DNA of 64,000 nt from Octopus vulgaris (GCA_951406725.2 OX597816.1:165416001-165480000), one strand, 5' to 3'; positions 23,456-36,186 are shown, counted from the first letter of the stretch. Numbers and translations are program-made. Notes: generated by a model from the sequence alone, not told the origin.

Positions 23456-24820
23456 ATCATCATCGTTTAACGTCCATTTTCCATGCTAGCATGGGTTGGA
23501 CGGTTTGACTGGGGTCTGGGAAGCCAGGAGGCTGCACCAGGCTCCAGTCTGATCTGGCAGTGTTTCTACAGCTGGATGCCCTTCCTAACGCCAACCACTC
23601 CGAGAGTGTAGTGGGTGATTTTATGTGCCACCGACACAGGTGCCAGACGAGGCTGGCAAACGGCCACACTCGGATGGTGTTTTTTATGTGCCACCGACAC
23701 AGGTGCCAGACGAGGCTGGCAAACGGCCACGCTCGGATGGTGTTTTTATGTGCCACCGACACAGGTGCCAGACGAGGCTGGCAGACGGCCACGCCGGATG
23801 GTGTTTTTTATGTGCCACCGACACAGGTGCCAGACGAGGCTGGCAGACGGCCACGCTCGGATGGTGTTTTTTATGTGCCACCGACACAGGTGCCAGACGA
23901 GGCTGGCAGACGGCCACGCTCGGATGGTGTTTTTATGTGCCACCGACACAGGTGCCGCAAACGGCCACGCTCGGATGGTGTTTTTTATGTGCCACCGACA
24001 CAGGTGCCAGACGAGGCTGGCAGACGGCCACGCTCGGATGGTGTTTTTATGTGCCACCGACACAGGTGCCAGATGAGGCTGGCGAATGGCCATGATCGGA
24101 TGGTTTTTGTTACGTGCCCACAGCACGGAGGCCAGTCGATGCGGTACTGGCTACGGCCACGTTCGGATGGTTCTCTTGTGTGCCACCGGCACTGGTACCA
24201 CAAAGATACAAATTCCATTGATGTTCATCTATTTTGATTTGTTTTGATTTGATTTGATTTTCACTTGCCTCAACAGGTCTTCACAAGTGTCACAAGAAGG
24301 AAGGTATGCACAGGTGGACTGACTACGTCCCAGGTAGGGGCCACAGGTTATGGCCTGACTAGTCTTGCCAGATCTTCGGATGGTGTTTTTATGTGCCACC
24401 GACACAGGTGCCAGATGAGGCTGGCGAACGGCCACGATCGGATGGTGTTTGTTATGTGCCCACAGCACGGAGGCCAGTCGGTGCGGTACTGGCTACGGCC
24501 ACGTTCGGATGGTTCTCTTGTGTGCCACCGGCACTGGTACCACAAGATACAATTCCATTAATGTTCATCTATTTTGATTTGTTTTGATTTGATTTGTTTT
24601 GATTTCATTTTGATTTTCACTTGCCTCAACAGGCCTTCACAAGTATCACAAGGAGGAAGGTATGCACAGGTGGACTGACTACGTCCCAGGTAGGGGCCAT
24701 GGGATATGGCCTGACTAGTCTTGCCGGGTCTTCGGATGGTGTTTTTATGTGCCACCGACACAGGTGCTAGATGAGGCTGGCGAACGGCCACGATCGGATG
24801 GTGTTTGTTATGTGCCCACA
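23456..24820 (-). mobile_element. RTE-tailed element carrying a tandem array of ~62-bp units and a ~350-bp higher-order repeat
   Basis: Units start at 23623, 23686, 23748, 23810, 23873, 23935, 23987 and 24049. Higher-order blocks start at 24035, 24377 and 24733. (TA)n on both flanks. Confidence 0.9.
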
Positions 24821-24840
24821 ATATATATATATATATATAT

Positions 24841-25080
24841 CATCATCGTTTAACGTCCATTTTCCATGCTGGCATGGGTTGGACGGTTTGACTGGGGTCT
24901 GGGAAGCCAGGAGGCTGCACCAGGCTCCAGTCTGATCTGGTAGTGTTTCTACAGCTGGATGCCCTTCCTAATGCCAACCAATCTATGAGTGTAGTGGTTG
25001 CCTTTTATGTGCCACTGGCACAGGGGTCAGAGGAGGCCGGCATTGGCCACATTTGGATGATGCTTTTTACGTGGCACATG
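24841..25080 (-). mobile_element. Second RTE-tailed element directly adjacent
   Basis: Same 3' ~160 bp as 23456-23615, plus about one unit. Confidence 0.85.
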
Positions 25081-25424
25081 TATATTTTACTGGGGAAGGC
25101 CAGTTTATGGGATTACCCTGGGTTTCCGGTCCATAAAGAGTTAACTTTATGGCATATTACCAGGCCCCAAAACCTGTTGGCCTAAGACCTCTTCAATAAA
25201 TATATATATATATATACATACCTCTATGAACATATATGTGTGTGTGAGTAAGAGAAAGAGAGAGAAGAGGTAAACAGTAATAAGTAGTGCTTTGTCTTAG
25301 ACAAAAAGTAGAGCATCCAATATCATTAAGAAGTGAATTTGAGAGGATTATCAAATTTCAAGTCGTTAATCTAAATATTTTTAAATAGCTGTAGCAAAAA
25401 AAAAAAAGTAACAACAAACAACAA

Positions 25425-25736
25425 CTGGTACCCCATCAGTTACAATGACAAGGGTTCCAATTGATCCAATCAATGAACAGTCTGCTCGTGAAATTAAAGA
25501 GCAAATAAATGGCTGAGTACTCCACAGACATGCATGCCCTTGACCTAGTTCTTACAAAGATGCAGAGTGACAGAATTTGACAAGGCTGGCCCCTCTGAAT
25601 AACAGTTTCAGCTCACTTTTGCCAGTTGAATAGACTGAAGCGAAGTGAAATAAAGTGTCTTGCTCAAGGACACAAAGTGCTGCTAGGAATCAAACTCTCA
25701 ATCTTACAAATTGTGAGCCAACTACCCTAACCACTT
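25425..25736 (-). mobile_element. SINE family 3 (tRNA head + GTGTCCTTGAGCAAGACACTT core)
   Basis: Homologous copies at ~47452-47770 (-), ~59835-59990 (-) and ~60505-60780 (+). Confidence 0.8.
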
Positions 25737-25835
25737 ACAGCAATAATGACAACGCATCAGTACTTGGTTGATTCTCAGACAAAATCTGGTCAATTAAATC
25801 ATGTAAAAATGGCTGAAACTTCAAAAATTTTTGTT

Positions 25836-26167
25836 CATCGTCATCAACATCATTTAATGTCGGCTTTCCATGCTGGACAGTTTGATTGAGGACTGGCAAG
25901 CCAGGAGGCTGCACTAGGCTCCAGTCTGATCTGGCAAGGTTTCTACTGCTGGATGCTCTTCCTAACGCCAACCACTCAGAGTATATTGGGAACTTTTTAT
26001 GTGCACTTAGCATGAGGGCCAGTTAGGCAGTACTGGCATCGACCACGCTTGAATGGTGCTTTTTATGTACCACTGGCATGGGAGCCAGTCTGGCGGTGCT
26101 GGGATCAGCCATGCTCAAATGCTGCTTTTTACATATCACCGGCACAGGTGCCAGTCAGACGGCACCA
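25836..26167 (-). mobile_element. RTE-tailed element with three diverged internal units
   Basis: Tail plus repeated TTTTTATGTGC...GCCAGT...CTGGC units. Confidence 0.8.
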
Positions 26168-26929
26168 AATAATGTAGAAATTGCTGAAGCTTCAAAAGTC
26201 TTTGTTATCAGTACTTTTAATAAATTATCTTGAAATGTAGGTGAGTCCTGTATGCTCTATTGCGTGACAAGGGAATTTGAAGTGTACAATGGCTGTTATA
26301 GCTGAGAGATAAGAGAAGAGAGAGGGAATCTCAAAATGCATGCTTGTTTGTATAACTAACTACAAACACTTTGATAGCAAAGCTTTGGAGAAACAATGTA
26401 ATGCTTACATTGAAATGTTTATTAAGACTGGCCAGACAATACGAACCAGTTGACATGTAAACAATACCTTTTAAAAAGAGTTAACATATAATTAATAATG
26501 AGCACAGATGATCTATTTTCTGCTTATTCTCTCTCGAGACAACAAAGAGTTTGGTGTAAAAGCAGATTGTAATTCTCAAAGCACTGCTGCTTAAGAATGT
26601 CCCCTGCTTTTATGAATGGGCATCCACAGAGAATAGCAGACAAATGAAATAAAATGACATATAATAATGTAGAAAGGAACCAGTCTGTAAACAGATATAA
26701 TACAAACAGGGAGAGAAAGGGGGAGAGAGAAGAGGGAGGAGTAAAAGTTTGCTAAGTGTCATCTGAAGTGCTAACATGCATTGCTTACACAATGAAGCCA
26801 TTCATAAACTGTCTAATTAAATATTTTACATTATCAAATTCATTATTTAAAATGATTATTGCCAGATTTTCAAAGAATGTTGTTGTTTTATAATCTACAT
26901 TACTGAAAGCAAATCAGATTACTTTGAGC

Positions 26930-27440
26930 AATCACCCATTCACCACAAATCTAGTCATCACCCATTCACCACAAATCTAGTCATCACCCATTCACCACAA
27001 ATCTAACCATCACCCATTCACCACAAATCTAGTCATCACCCATTCACCACAAATCTAGTCATCACCCATTCACCACAAATCTAACCATCACCCATTCACC
27101 ACAAATCTAACCATCACCCATTCACCACAAATCTAACCATCACCCATTCACCACAAATCTAGTCATCACCTATGCATCACAAATCTAGTCATCATCTATG
27201 CATCACAAATCTAGTCATCACCCATTCACCACAAATCTAGTCATCACCCATTCACCACAAATCTAACCATCACCCATTCACTACAAATCTAACCATCACC
27301 TATGCATCACAAATCTAGTCATCACCTATTCACCACAAATCTAGTCATCACCCATTCACCTCAAATCTAACCATCAACCATTCACCACAAATCTAACCAT
27401 CACCCATTCACACAAATCTAACCATCACCCATTCACCACT
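26930..27440. repeat. 26-bp minisatellite CATCACCCATTCACCACAAATCTA(GT/AC), about 19-20 copies
   Basis: Direct reading; interspersed GT/AC and CCTATGCATCAC variants. Confidence 0.95.
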
Positions 27441-28754
27441 TCACACAAATTACCCCCATCGCTCAACACATATCTCACCATCACTCATTCCCACAGATCT
27501 AGCACCAACTGTATTCTGCTTCTTTCAAACTTATACGATAGAAAGGTGTTTCGATGCAACTTAATTTATCCAGTTGCTGTCTTCAGCAGTTAGGCTAATC
27601 CTTAGTCAGTTACTCATTTTGGCAGTAAGATTAGTCATTATTCAAAGATATTCTTTGAGAAAACACAAAACAAAAACCATAACTTTTTTCTTCAAAGTGA
27701 AAGTATTGATGGAATTAAAACTGCTTACACAGAAGTAAATGTTGAGGATATATATATATAAAAAAAAAAAGGTTTTGAATAATGGAATTTGGACAAAACT
27801 AATAACAGTATGTGAATATGAGGTTACAAAAATTAAGGGCTGCTTATAAGACCTGATCCCACAATCAAACATGACATGCTCTACTGTTATACCAAAATAT
27901 TATTATAATCAGCATCATGATTTAACATCCTTTCTCCATGCTGACATGAACTGACCAGACTTCAATTATCCATTTTTGTATGATTTCTATAGCCGGATCC
28001 CCTTCTTAATGCCAGCCACTTTAAAGAATTACTGGGAGCTATTTACATGGCACCATCACCAGTGATTCCTATGTGGTTTGTCTATTTAAAATGCTTTGTT
28101 CTGACCAGTTAGAATTTTATGTTGTTTACATCTGAAGAATTTAGAAATTTCTAAATTTCGATGATGTAAAAAGAATATTTACCAAGATATTTCCTGGATA
28201 TTTCTCAGAAATACGTCAACAAATTATAGTATTAACTCATTGTAAGACACCTGTGTTGATCAATCAGCTTGCCCTTGTTGTACCTGAGAGAAAACGCGAG
28301 TTGAGGACGGGTAAATTTTTTTTAGATCTGAACCATACCAATAGCTCAAGTTAAATCCAGCAATTAGGACTAATGACACCCTGGTTAATTACACAGAGGT
28401 TTGTCTGCTAATGAGAGTTTAAATTTCCTGTGACTCATATTTCCAGCTTTGTGTTTTGAATAATATATTTGGCAAGAAGCGGAGATGAATTAGCTGAAAT
28501 ATTGGTAGTGATTTGAAAAGAATTCCTTATGATTTTTTCTTCAGAAATCCCACCTGAGAATAAGTTGTTTCTAATAATCAATTTATGTCAATTTAGTTTA
28601 GGCAATATGCTGGTAATATTTTCTGAAAGAACGTAGCACCTAGTCAAGTGAAGAGGATATCAGAGTGCATGTTGACAGGTTGTCGGTTCAAATCTCATTC
28701 ATGGTGGTCATGTCTCAAATGGCTCCAACTACCAAGGGATGTTCAGAATTTTAG

Positions 28755-29150
28755 ATGCAGGTGTGGCTGTGTGGTAAGAAGCTTGCTTCCCAACCATATT
28801 CTTCTGGGTTCAGTCCCACTGTGTGGAACTATAAACAAGTGTCTTCTACAATAGCCTCGGTCCGACCAAAGCCTTCTGAGTGGATTTGGTAGATGGAAAC
28901 TGAAAGAAGCCTCTGTGTGTGTGTATATATATATGCATGTATGTATGTATAAATTTATGTGAGTGTCTTTGAGTTTGTCTGTGTTACCCCACCATCACTT
29001 GACAACCAATGTTGGTGTGTTTACATCCCCATAACTTAGCAGTTCGCCAAAAGAAACTGATAGAATAAGTACGTCCTGGGGTCAATTTGTTTGACTAACA
29101 TCCTTCAAGATGGTGTACCAGCATGGCCACGGTCAAAAGGCTGAAACAAG
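28755..29150 (+). mobile_element. SINE family 1
   Basis: Head through tail present. Confidence 0.85.
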
Positions 29151-29319
29151 TTACCCTAGCTTAATAAAGACAAGGTTATTTTATTAAACTCTACAGCAAA
29201 GTTAACTTAGTAAACCTATATTAGTTTTAGAAATTCAATTGAAACAACTACAATGTATTTTAAACAGCAAAATGGGAATAAGAGTTACACTAGCTTAATA
29301 GAGACCCAAGTTATTTTAT

Positions 29320-29545
29320 TAAACCTTTCATTACAAACTTGGCTGAAACCGGCTCTGGCTCTAATATAAATGTCTTATTTTCATAAGTTTTTAATTAAAA
29401 TCTTCCACCAAACCTTAGTCATAATTACTGTTTCTAACTCTAGCTGAATGATAACTAGGTTATTTTACTAAATTCTTTATTATATCTAAAATAATTGAGA
29501 GAAACACAGAGCATCTCAAAATAAATACAGTAACGAAAGGGTTAA
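29320..29545 (+). mobile_element. TTAA-flanked MITE type B (piggyBac-like)
   Basis: Ends ACGAAAGGG|TTAA; homologous to 38319-38526. Confidence 0.7.
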
Positions 29546-29869
29546 ACTCTATGACAAAGTTGTCTTACTAAATTCTACATTATTTTCAAAATTACTTAAA
29601 ACAAATACAAGAGAACTACAGTAATAAAAGGATTATCAGCAGAAATTCATACAGCTAATTAATATTATCAACAGGTGGTTTTGTACAATATTATACCTCA
29701 AAGAATGTATTATAATTTCAGAATGTATATAGTATTTGAGAGTAAATTCTTAGACATAATTGGTTACAGATACTCAATCCAATTTGCGATATAAATGTGA
29801 GCCTTTCATAATGTAATAAATTTAGTTAATTTGCTAATTAAAACTAAAATTGCTTCCGTTCGAAAAGGA

Positions 29870-30072
29870 TTCTTTATATTTGTTTCAGTCATTTGACTGC
29901 AGCCATGCTGGAGCACCACCTTTAGTTGAACAAATCAACCCCATGTCTTATTCTTTGTAAGCCTGGTACTTATTCTATCGGTCTCTTTTTACTGAACTGC
30001 TAGGCTACAGGGACATAAACACATCAACATTGGTTGCCGAGCAATGAGGGGAGGGACAAACAGACACACACA

Positions 30073-30124
<52 letters not shown>

Positions 30125-30282
30125 CACACAATGGGCTTCTTTCAGATTCCGTCTACCAAATCCACTCACAAGGCTTTGGCCGGCCCAAGGCTATAGAAGA
30201 CATTTGCTGAAGGTGCCATGCAGTGGGACTGAACCTGGAACTATGAGGTTGGGAAGCAAGCTTCTTACCACACAGCCACTCA
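29870..30282 (-). mobile_element. SINE family 1
   Basis: Head through tail with internal (TA)n. Confidence 0.85.
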
Positions 30283-30309
30283 TTGCCGGCAACATTATTA
30301 TTAAGGTGG

Positions 30310-30836
30310 CTTTTCATCAATAAAAGAAGTACACTGGGGGTCAATGTACATAGCTTCCCCCTTCAGTTAAAATTGCTCGCCTTGTGCCAAAATTTGAAAT
30401 CATAATAATAATTATTATTATTATTAAGGCAGCAAGCCAGCAGAATCATTAGCACACTGGGCAGAACACTTAGTGGCATTTCATTCATTCATCTTTATGC
30501 TCTGAGTACAAATTTTGCCGAGGTTGACTTTACCTTTCATCCTTTCAGGGTTGACAAAATAAGTACCAGTTATGCACTGGGGAAGGCAATGTAATCGACT
30601 TAACCCTCCCTTGAAAATGGTGGCAGAATCGGTAGCACATCAGGCAAAATGTTTGGCAGCATTGTGTTATGTCTGTCTTTACATTCCGAGTTCAAATTCA
30701 ACTGAGGTCATCGTTGCCTTTCATGCTTTTGGGGTCAATGAAATAAGTACCAGCCAAGCACTGGGGTCGATGAAATCAACTGTCCCTCTCACCCAAATTG
30801 CAGGCCTTGTGCCCATAGTAGAAAGGATTATTATTA
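30310..30836 (+). mobile_element. Three head-to-tail SINE family 2 copies or fragments
   Basis: Core motif repeated three times; the last ends GTAGAAAGG(ATT)n. Confidence 0.75.
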
Positions 30837-30840
30837 TTTT

Positions 30841-32079
30841 TTTTGCACTTCTAACGTTGGAGATGTACTATGGTGTCAGTTGTTCACTACCAGTGAACTA
30901 AGGTAACACCCCTTGTTTTACGAGCACCTTCCAGAGTATTCGGGCAGTTCCAAGCAGTGCTGTTTTCTGCAAGTGCTGCACTCTTATTGCAGACCTTATT
31001 TGTTCCATGCACTTTTCAAGATCTTCACTCCCTGTTACCAAGGCTCCGACAATTATTGGTACTACTACCACTTTTTCCATCGACGACAACTGCTTAATCT
31101 TCCATACTAACCTGTCATATCTCTCGACTTTTCTTTCTTCCTTATTGCATACCTAGTTGTCAGCTGGGCATGTTATATCTATGATCCAGCATAATTTGCT
31201 TTATTTCTCAATGAAGATTATGTCTGGCTTCCTATTTTCTATCGCATGGTTGCACTGAATCATAAAAATCTCACAGGATCTTTGCATTATCATTTTTCAT
31301 GATGCCTTCGGGTTTGTGGTCAAGCCAATTTTTTGCTCGGTCAAGTCCATGCTTGTTGCAACGTGTCCAATGGACAAGCTTTGCTATATTGTCGTGACGT
31401 CTCATATATTCTTTCTGGGCTAGTAGCATACATTGACTGGTAATATTCCATATGGTTTCACTATTTTGTCCACAGATTCTGCACTTATCACTTTCTGATG
31501 TGTTGTCTATTCTGTATTTTATGTAGTTTGTTCTTAATGCTTGTTCTTGGGCAGCACAGATTAGAGTCTCTGTTTCCAGTTTTAATCATCGACAGCCATC
31601 TTTTTTCTCTGTCTGTCTCATCTTCAACATCCCTATGAAATTGTCCATGTATTCTTTTCTTTACCCACCTATTTTCAGTTTCATTCATTTTTAATTGCTT
31701 GTACAGTACTTGATCTTTGCAATCTTTCATCCTACACAAGCCTGACCTTCTTGCTTAGTGGTTCTGTGGCATTTTTTACATACCATGCTATGATGTTTTC
31801 TTCTGCTCTAATGCTGTGTTTGCATCCAATAAGTCCTCTTCCTGCTCTTTTTCTTGGTACATATTGTCTGTCTGTGTCACTTTTTGGGTGGAATGTCCCA
31901 TATCTATTTAGCGACTTCTGGGTTTTTCTGTCTAAGCTGTTTAGTTTGTCTACTGCCCATGCGATTACCCTGCTCCATATCTAAGGAGTGAAACCACCCA
32001 TGTTTTGATAGCTTCAATTTTATTCTGTCTGTTTAATTTCAACTTAAGGATCAGTCTCAGTCTGTGCAAGTAGTCTGCT
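30841..32079 (-). mobile_element. Decayed 3' part of an R4/Dong-like LINE (restriction-like endonuclease clade)
   Basis: Frameshifted minus-strand translation gives W.KKRIHGQF, AAQEQALRTN, a zinc knuckle CRICGQNSETIWNITSQC, EYMRRHDNIAKLVHW, RKPDII and VVPIIVGAL...LQKTALLGTARILWKVL. (ATT)n on both flanks. Confidence 0.85.
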
Positions 32080-32083
32080 TATT

Positions 32084-32114
<31 letters not shown>

Positions 32115-32835
32115 TTTGAAACATATATATTAAATACAATGGCAAGTTCTTGTCAGCAAAATTACAGTTTAAAGAAAAGCATTCTTGAAATAGTTAGAAT
32201 ACATCTATAATTATTCTCATTCTAATTAACCTTTTGAGACTTCTAGAACTTTCTCTTTGAATAAAATATGTCTGTCAGATATTCACTGAATAGAGCCCAG
32301 AGAGAGAGAAAGAGAGTGGGGTCAGAGGGAGGGAGAGACGACAGCTTGAACTTTGGGTGAAATTATCAACAAGAGAAATAAAGAATGGCTCTAAAAATAC
32401 TTAACATAGTGATATTGTGCTGTTTATTTTAGCAACTCCCTAATTAAGATATATCTCCAAAAACGGCAAAGCAACAATTTTAACAGCAGATGAAAGCATT
32501 ATTGAAATACTTGACTGACACAAAACTAAATACAAAATCCATCACACAAACACATATTTGTAATGGCAGAACTGCAGCACAGCACCACAACCCGTTACCA
32601 AAGTATCATTAGCATCATGTGTATGTGGGAGGACATGATGATGATGGCTTCAACCAAATAAATGGATAGAAAGCACAACTGAAGCCAATTGATTGATTGA
32701 TTGATTGGTTAATAGGTCAATTTTTAGCCAAATATCAATTACATGCCAACAACATGCGTACGTGTATGGCACTTGGTTTGCTTTTGTAACAGTCTCTTGA
32801 TTAAAAGTTATAAATATATATACATACACGTGTGC

Positions 32836-32879
<44 letters not shown>

Positions 32880-33429
32880 GGATGTGTGTATATATGTGTG
32901 TGTGTGTGTGTGTGTAAATCAGACTGGATCCTGGCACAGCCTTCCAGCTTGCCAGCCCAGTCAAAATGTTCAATCCATGCCAGCATGGACAACAGACGCT
33001 AAAAGTTTCCCACTGACAAATGTCGAAATTAAAATATAAAAAAAACAAAAACAAATGACTACATAAATTGTGTTGTCCATAGAAATTTCCGGTGGAATCA
33101 CTTCCACTTTATGCATGCACACGCAATCACATATACACATTTATAGATACACTACCATAGATATATAAACAGACAGACATATACTGACACAAACACAGAA
33201 GTACAAACATACACACATACACACACTGCCATAGACATATCCACACACCCGAACACCTTCTTCTCATTAATATCTACTTCCAACAGGAAACGAATTAAAA
33301 TAAACCATAATCAACTTTAACACACACACTAAGAGTCAGGCAGACATTGGACAGTGTCTCATACAATGCGGAAGGATTATCAAAGGAGATAAGCTGACAG
33401 AAAGTAGACACTCAGCTAAAGATATTTAT

Positions 33430-34000
33430 CAGTATCATCATCTGGTTGAGCTTGTTCGGACATTAACCCACACATGCCATCCATCTCAGTCATGCCTAAG
33501 TTGAGGGAGGTCTTCAGGTCGGCATCTGGTGTCTCTGCGGGGTAGATCAACAAAAGTCGTGTTTGGACAACCTGCTTGAGTATGGACATGCTTTGGCATC
33601 CATAGCCGTGGGTCACTAGCGAAATTGAGAAAGTTTTGGGAAGAAATCAAAATGGCCTCAGGAAAAAAATAGATCAGCTGTCAGATAAATACATACAGTT
33701 CTTCGTCCACTGGAACGAGTAAAAGCCAGAATTCTTGAAGTAGTATTACTAATTGTTGATTGGCTAAACAGCGGTGGTGTACCCCTCTACTGTCACGTTC
33801 GTGTTAGATTGACAGTATACAACCATTCTATCGCCCCACCACCGTACATGTCTCTACGAGAGATTTAGAGATTTAGTATTTCTGGTTTCTCAATTGTTTT
33901 CGACTATCCACCATCGTAAAACAGGAAAAAATACTACTGGCCTAGGGTGTCCCTGAAGAAACAACAGCAGCGAATACAATGCTCTATAACAACACAAAAG
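33430..34000. mobile_element. Rearranged RTE-X-like LINE fragments
   Basis: Plus strand EIEKVLGRNQNG.RK..., ILEVVLLIVD and GVPEETTAANTMLYNNTK (RT region). The adjacent minus-strand piece 33430-33618 resembles the ORF C-terminus. Confidence 0.55.
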
Positions 34001-34029
34001 ATATATTATATATATATATATATTACATA

Positions 34030-34500
34030 TTTCAGTCACTTGACACAACCTTAAAGAGTTTTTAGTCAAAGAAACTAACCCCAGGACTTTGTAAGCCTAG
34101 TACTTATTCTATCAGTTTTCTTTTACCTTTTTTTTAATTTTTTGCTGAACCACTAAGTTACGGGTAGATAAACACTGTCATTGGGTGTCATGCGATGGTA
34201 GGGGGACAAACACAGACACACACAAATATATACATATAAGTTCAGTAAAATTTAGATTCAGATGAATATGGTACTTAAGTTGAAGGCACCAGAATTTAGT
34301 ATGGTATTATCCATATAATTTAAAATAAGGTGATTATAATAAAAATAAGCAACAAGTTTCAGTTTCTGTCCCCTAAATCCACTCAGAAGACTCTGGTCAG
34401 ATTGTGGCTATAGCAGAAGACACTTGCCCTAGGTGCCAGTCAGTGGGACTGAACCCAGAACCATGTGGTTGGGAAGCAAGCTTCTTACCACACAGCCATG
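34030..34500 (-). mobile_element. SINE family 1 with a ~135-bp unrelated internal segment
   Basis: Tail module ~34030-34235; head module ~34356-34500. Confidence 0.75.
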
Positions 34501-34944
34501 CATGATATATATAATCATTTAGTCTCAAAGGACAGCAGAACATGTGATACTTTCTGTGGTCTCCAAGATCATTAAGCAGGTGGGGAGGATGGTGTCCTTG
34601 ATTGGAAACTTTGTCATAATTCTGTTAAACTAGGAAGAAACACAAATGCTACTCTTTGGCATTCAGGTAAGCTAAAACTATTTTGATTAAGACAATGTAA
34701 TGCACTATTTTAAAAACCAATCAGCTTAAATTAACATGAAAAAAAGGGGAAAAAAACCCAAATATTCTACCTGCTTTATGTTCAAACTGGCCATATCCAG
34801 CCTCTTACACCCATCCTACAATATCATTCTAAAAATAATCACATCATCAAAATTTCAAAGCTATGAGATAATGCATGATTAATTCAAAACAATGTGAATA
34901 AGTATTACATTTGACAGAGTATTTGGAATGCTAAAGGGTTAAAG

Positions 34945-35143
34945 CAGGGGTCCCCAAATTTTTTAGACCATCGACCCCTTCATGGGAATCCTTGACCCCT
35001 TCATCGACCCCCACCCCAAGCATGTACAAGAAAATAAATAAATAATAATAAAGTAGATGTGCAGTTTCAGACATTTTATCAACCCCTTGAAAATAGTCCC
35101 ATCAACCCCCAAGGGTCGATATCGACCACTTTGGAGACCCCTG
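34945..35143. mobile_element. hAT (Charlie-like) MITE, 199 bp
   Basis: TIRs CAGGGGTCCCCAAA / TTTGGAGACCCCTG (13 of 14 match). Perfect 8-bp TSD GGTTAAAG (34937-34944, 35144-35151). Repeated subterminal TCGACCCC motifs. Confidence 0.9.
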
Positions 35144-35724
35144 GGTTAAAGTAACAATGATAATGATAGTGATGATACAGATTTCAATAGCCATTCAGAT
35201 TTGTTCATTCATTTTATGTCAGTTTTTCCATGCTTGCATGGGTCAGATGAATACGGATGCACTTTTTTGATGCTAACAATCTTTTATTGCAAATAACTTC
35301 CAAGGTGCAAAATAGCCAAACAATTTGTTGCCAGAAGAACTGACAGCAGCATAAGTTAATGCCGTACCAATGTTTTGTTTGCTCAACATATTTTAAGTAT
35401 ACATTAAATTCTAGAATATAGTATAAATCCTATCAGAGGAAATCACACACAGAGCCTTGAGTGGATACAGTAGATAGAAACTGAAAGAAACATGTCCTGC
35501 TCTTTCCTCTTTCCGATGAAGAGCCATGCTCGCAATGTCATTTCCACCCATTTTTCCATCTATACTTTTCACTGAACACTAATCTAATAAAATAACTATG
35601 TACGTCTAATTGACTTTTGTCGTTTCCCCCATTTTGTAATTTTTTTTTACTTTTGATTTGCTTATGTATAATATGTATACACCAGGGCTGTGGAGTCAAA
35701 ACAAAAAACTATGACTCCGATTCC

Positions 35725-36186
35725 TCTCTTTTACTCTTTTACCTGTTTCAGTCATTTGACTGCGGCCATGCTGGAGCACCACCTTTAATCAAGCAAATCG
35801 GCTCCAGGACTTATTTTTTTGTAAGCCTAGTACTTATTCTATGAGTCTCTTTTGCTGAACCGCTAAGTTACGGGGACATAAACACTCCCCCATTGGTTGT
35901 CAGGCGATGTTGGGGGACAAACACAGATATACACACACACATACATATATATTGTTTATGTTTTCCAGTTTCAGCTCTTGAGCTGTGGCCATGCTGGGGC
36001 ACTGCCATTTGCTGGGGCACCGCCATTTGACGGGCTTCTTTCAGTTTCTGTCTACCAAATCCACTCACAAGGCTTTGGTCAGCTCAAGGCTATTACAGAA
36101 GACACTTGCCCAAGGTATCACGCAATGGGACTGAACCCTGAACCATGTGGTTCGTAAGCAAGCTACTTACCACACAGCCACTCCTA
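35725..36186 (-). mobile_element. SINE family 1 with an internal extra tail fragment
   Basis: Full-length copy; internal duplication GCTGGGGCAC(T/C)GCCATTTG at ~35993-36029. Confidence 0.85.

Noticed and set aside
23620-24110. CRISPR-like array
   Set aside because: Units are contiguous and near-identical with no unique spacers, there are no cas genes, and the context is eukaryotic.
23560-24237. 225-aa ORF and overlapping ORFs in the tandem array
   Set aside because: Open frames arise from a stop-poor 62/63-bp repeat that shifts frame between units; not a gene.
24035-24820. Hammerhead or HDV-like ribozyme in the ~350-bp higher-order repeat
   Set aside because: No CUGANGA/GAAA pair on either strand. 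CCAGCCTC..CTGG resembles HDV P3/L3, but I could not build P1, P2 and P1.1.
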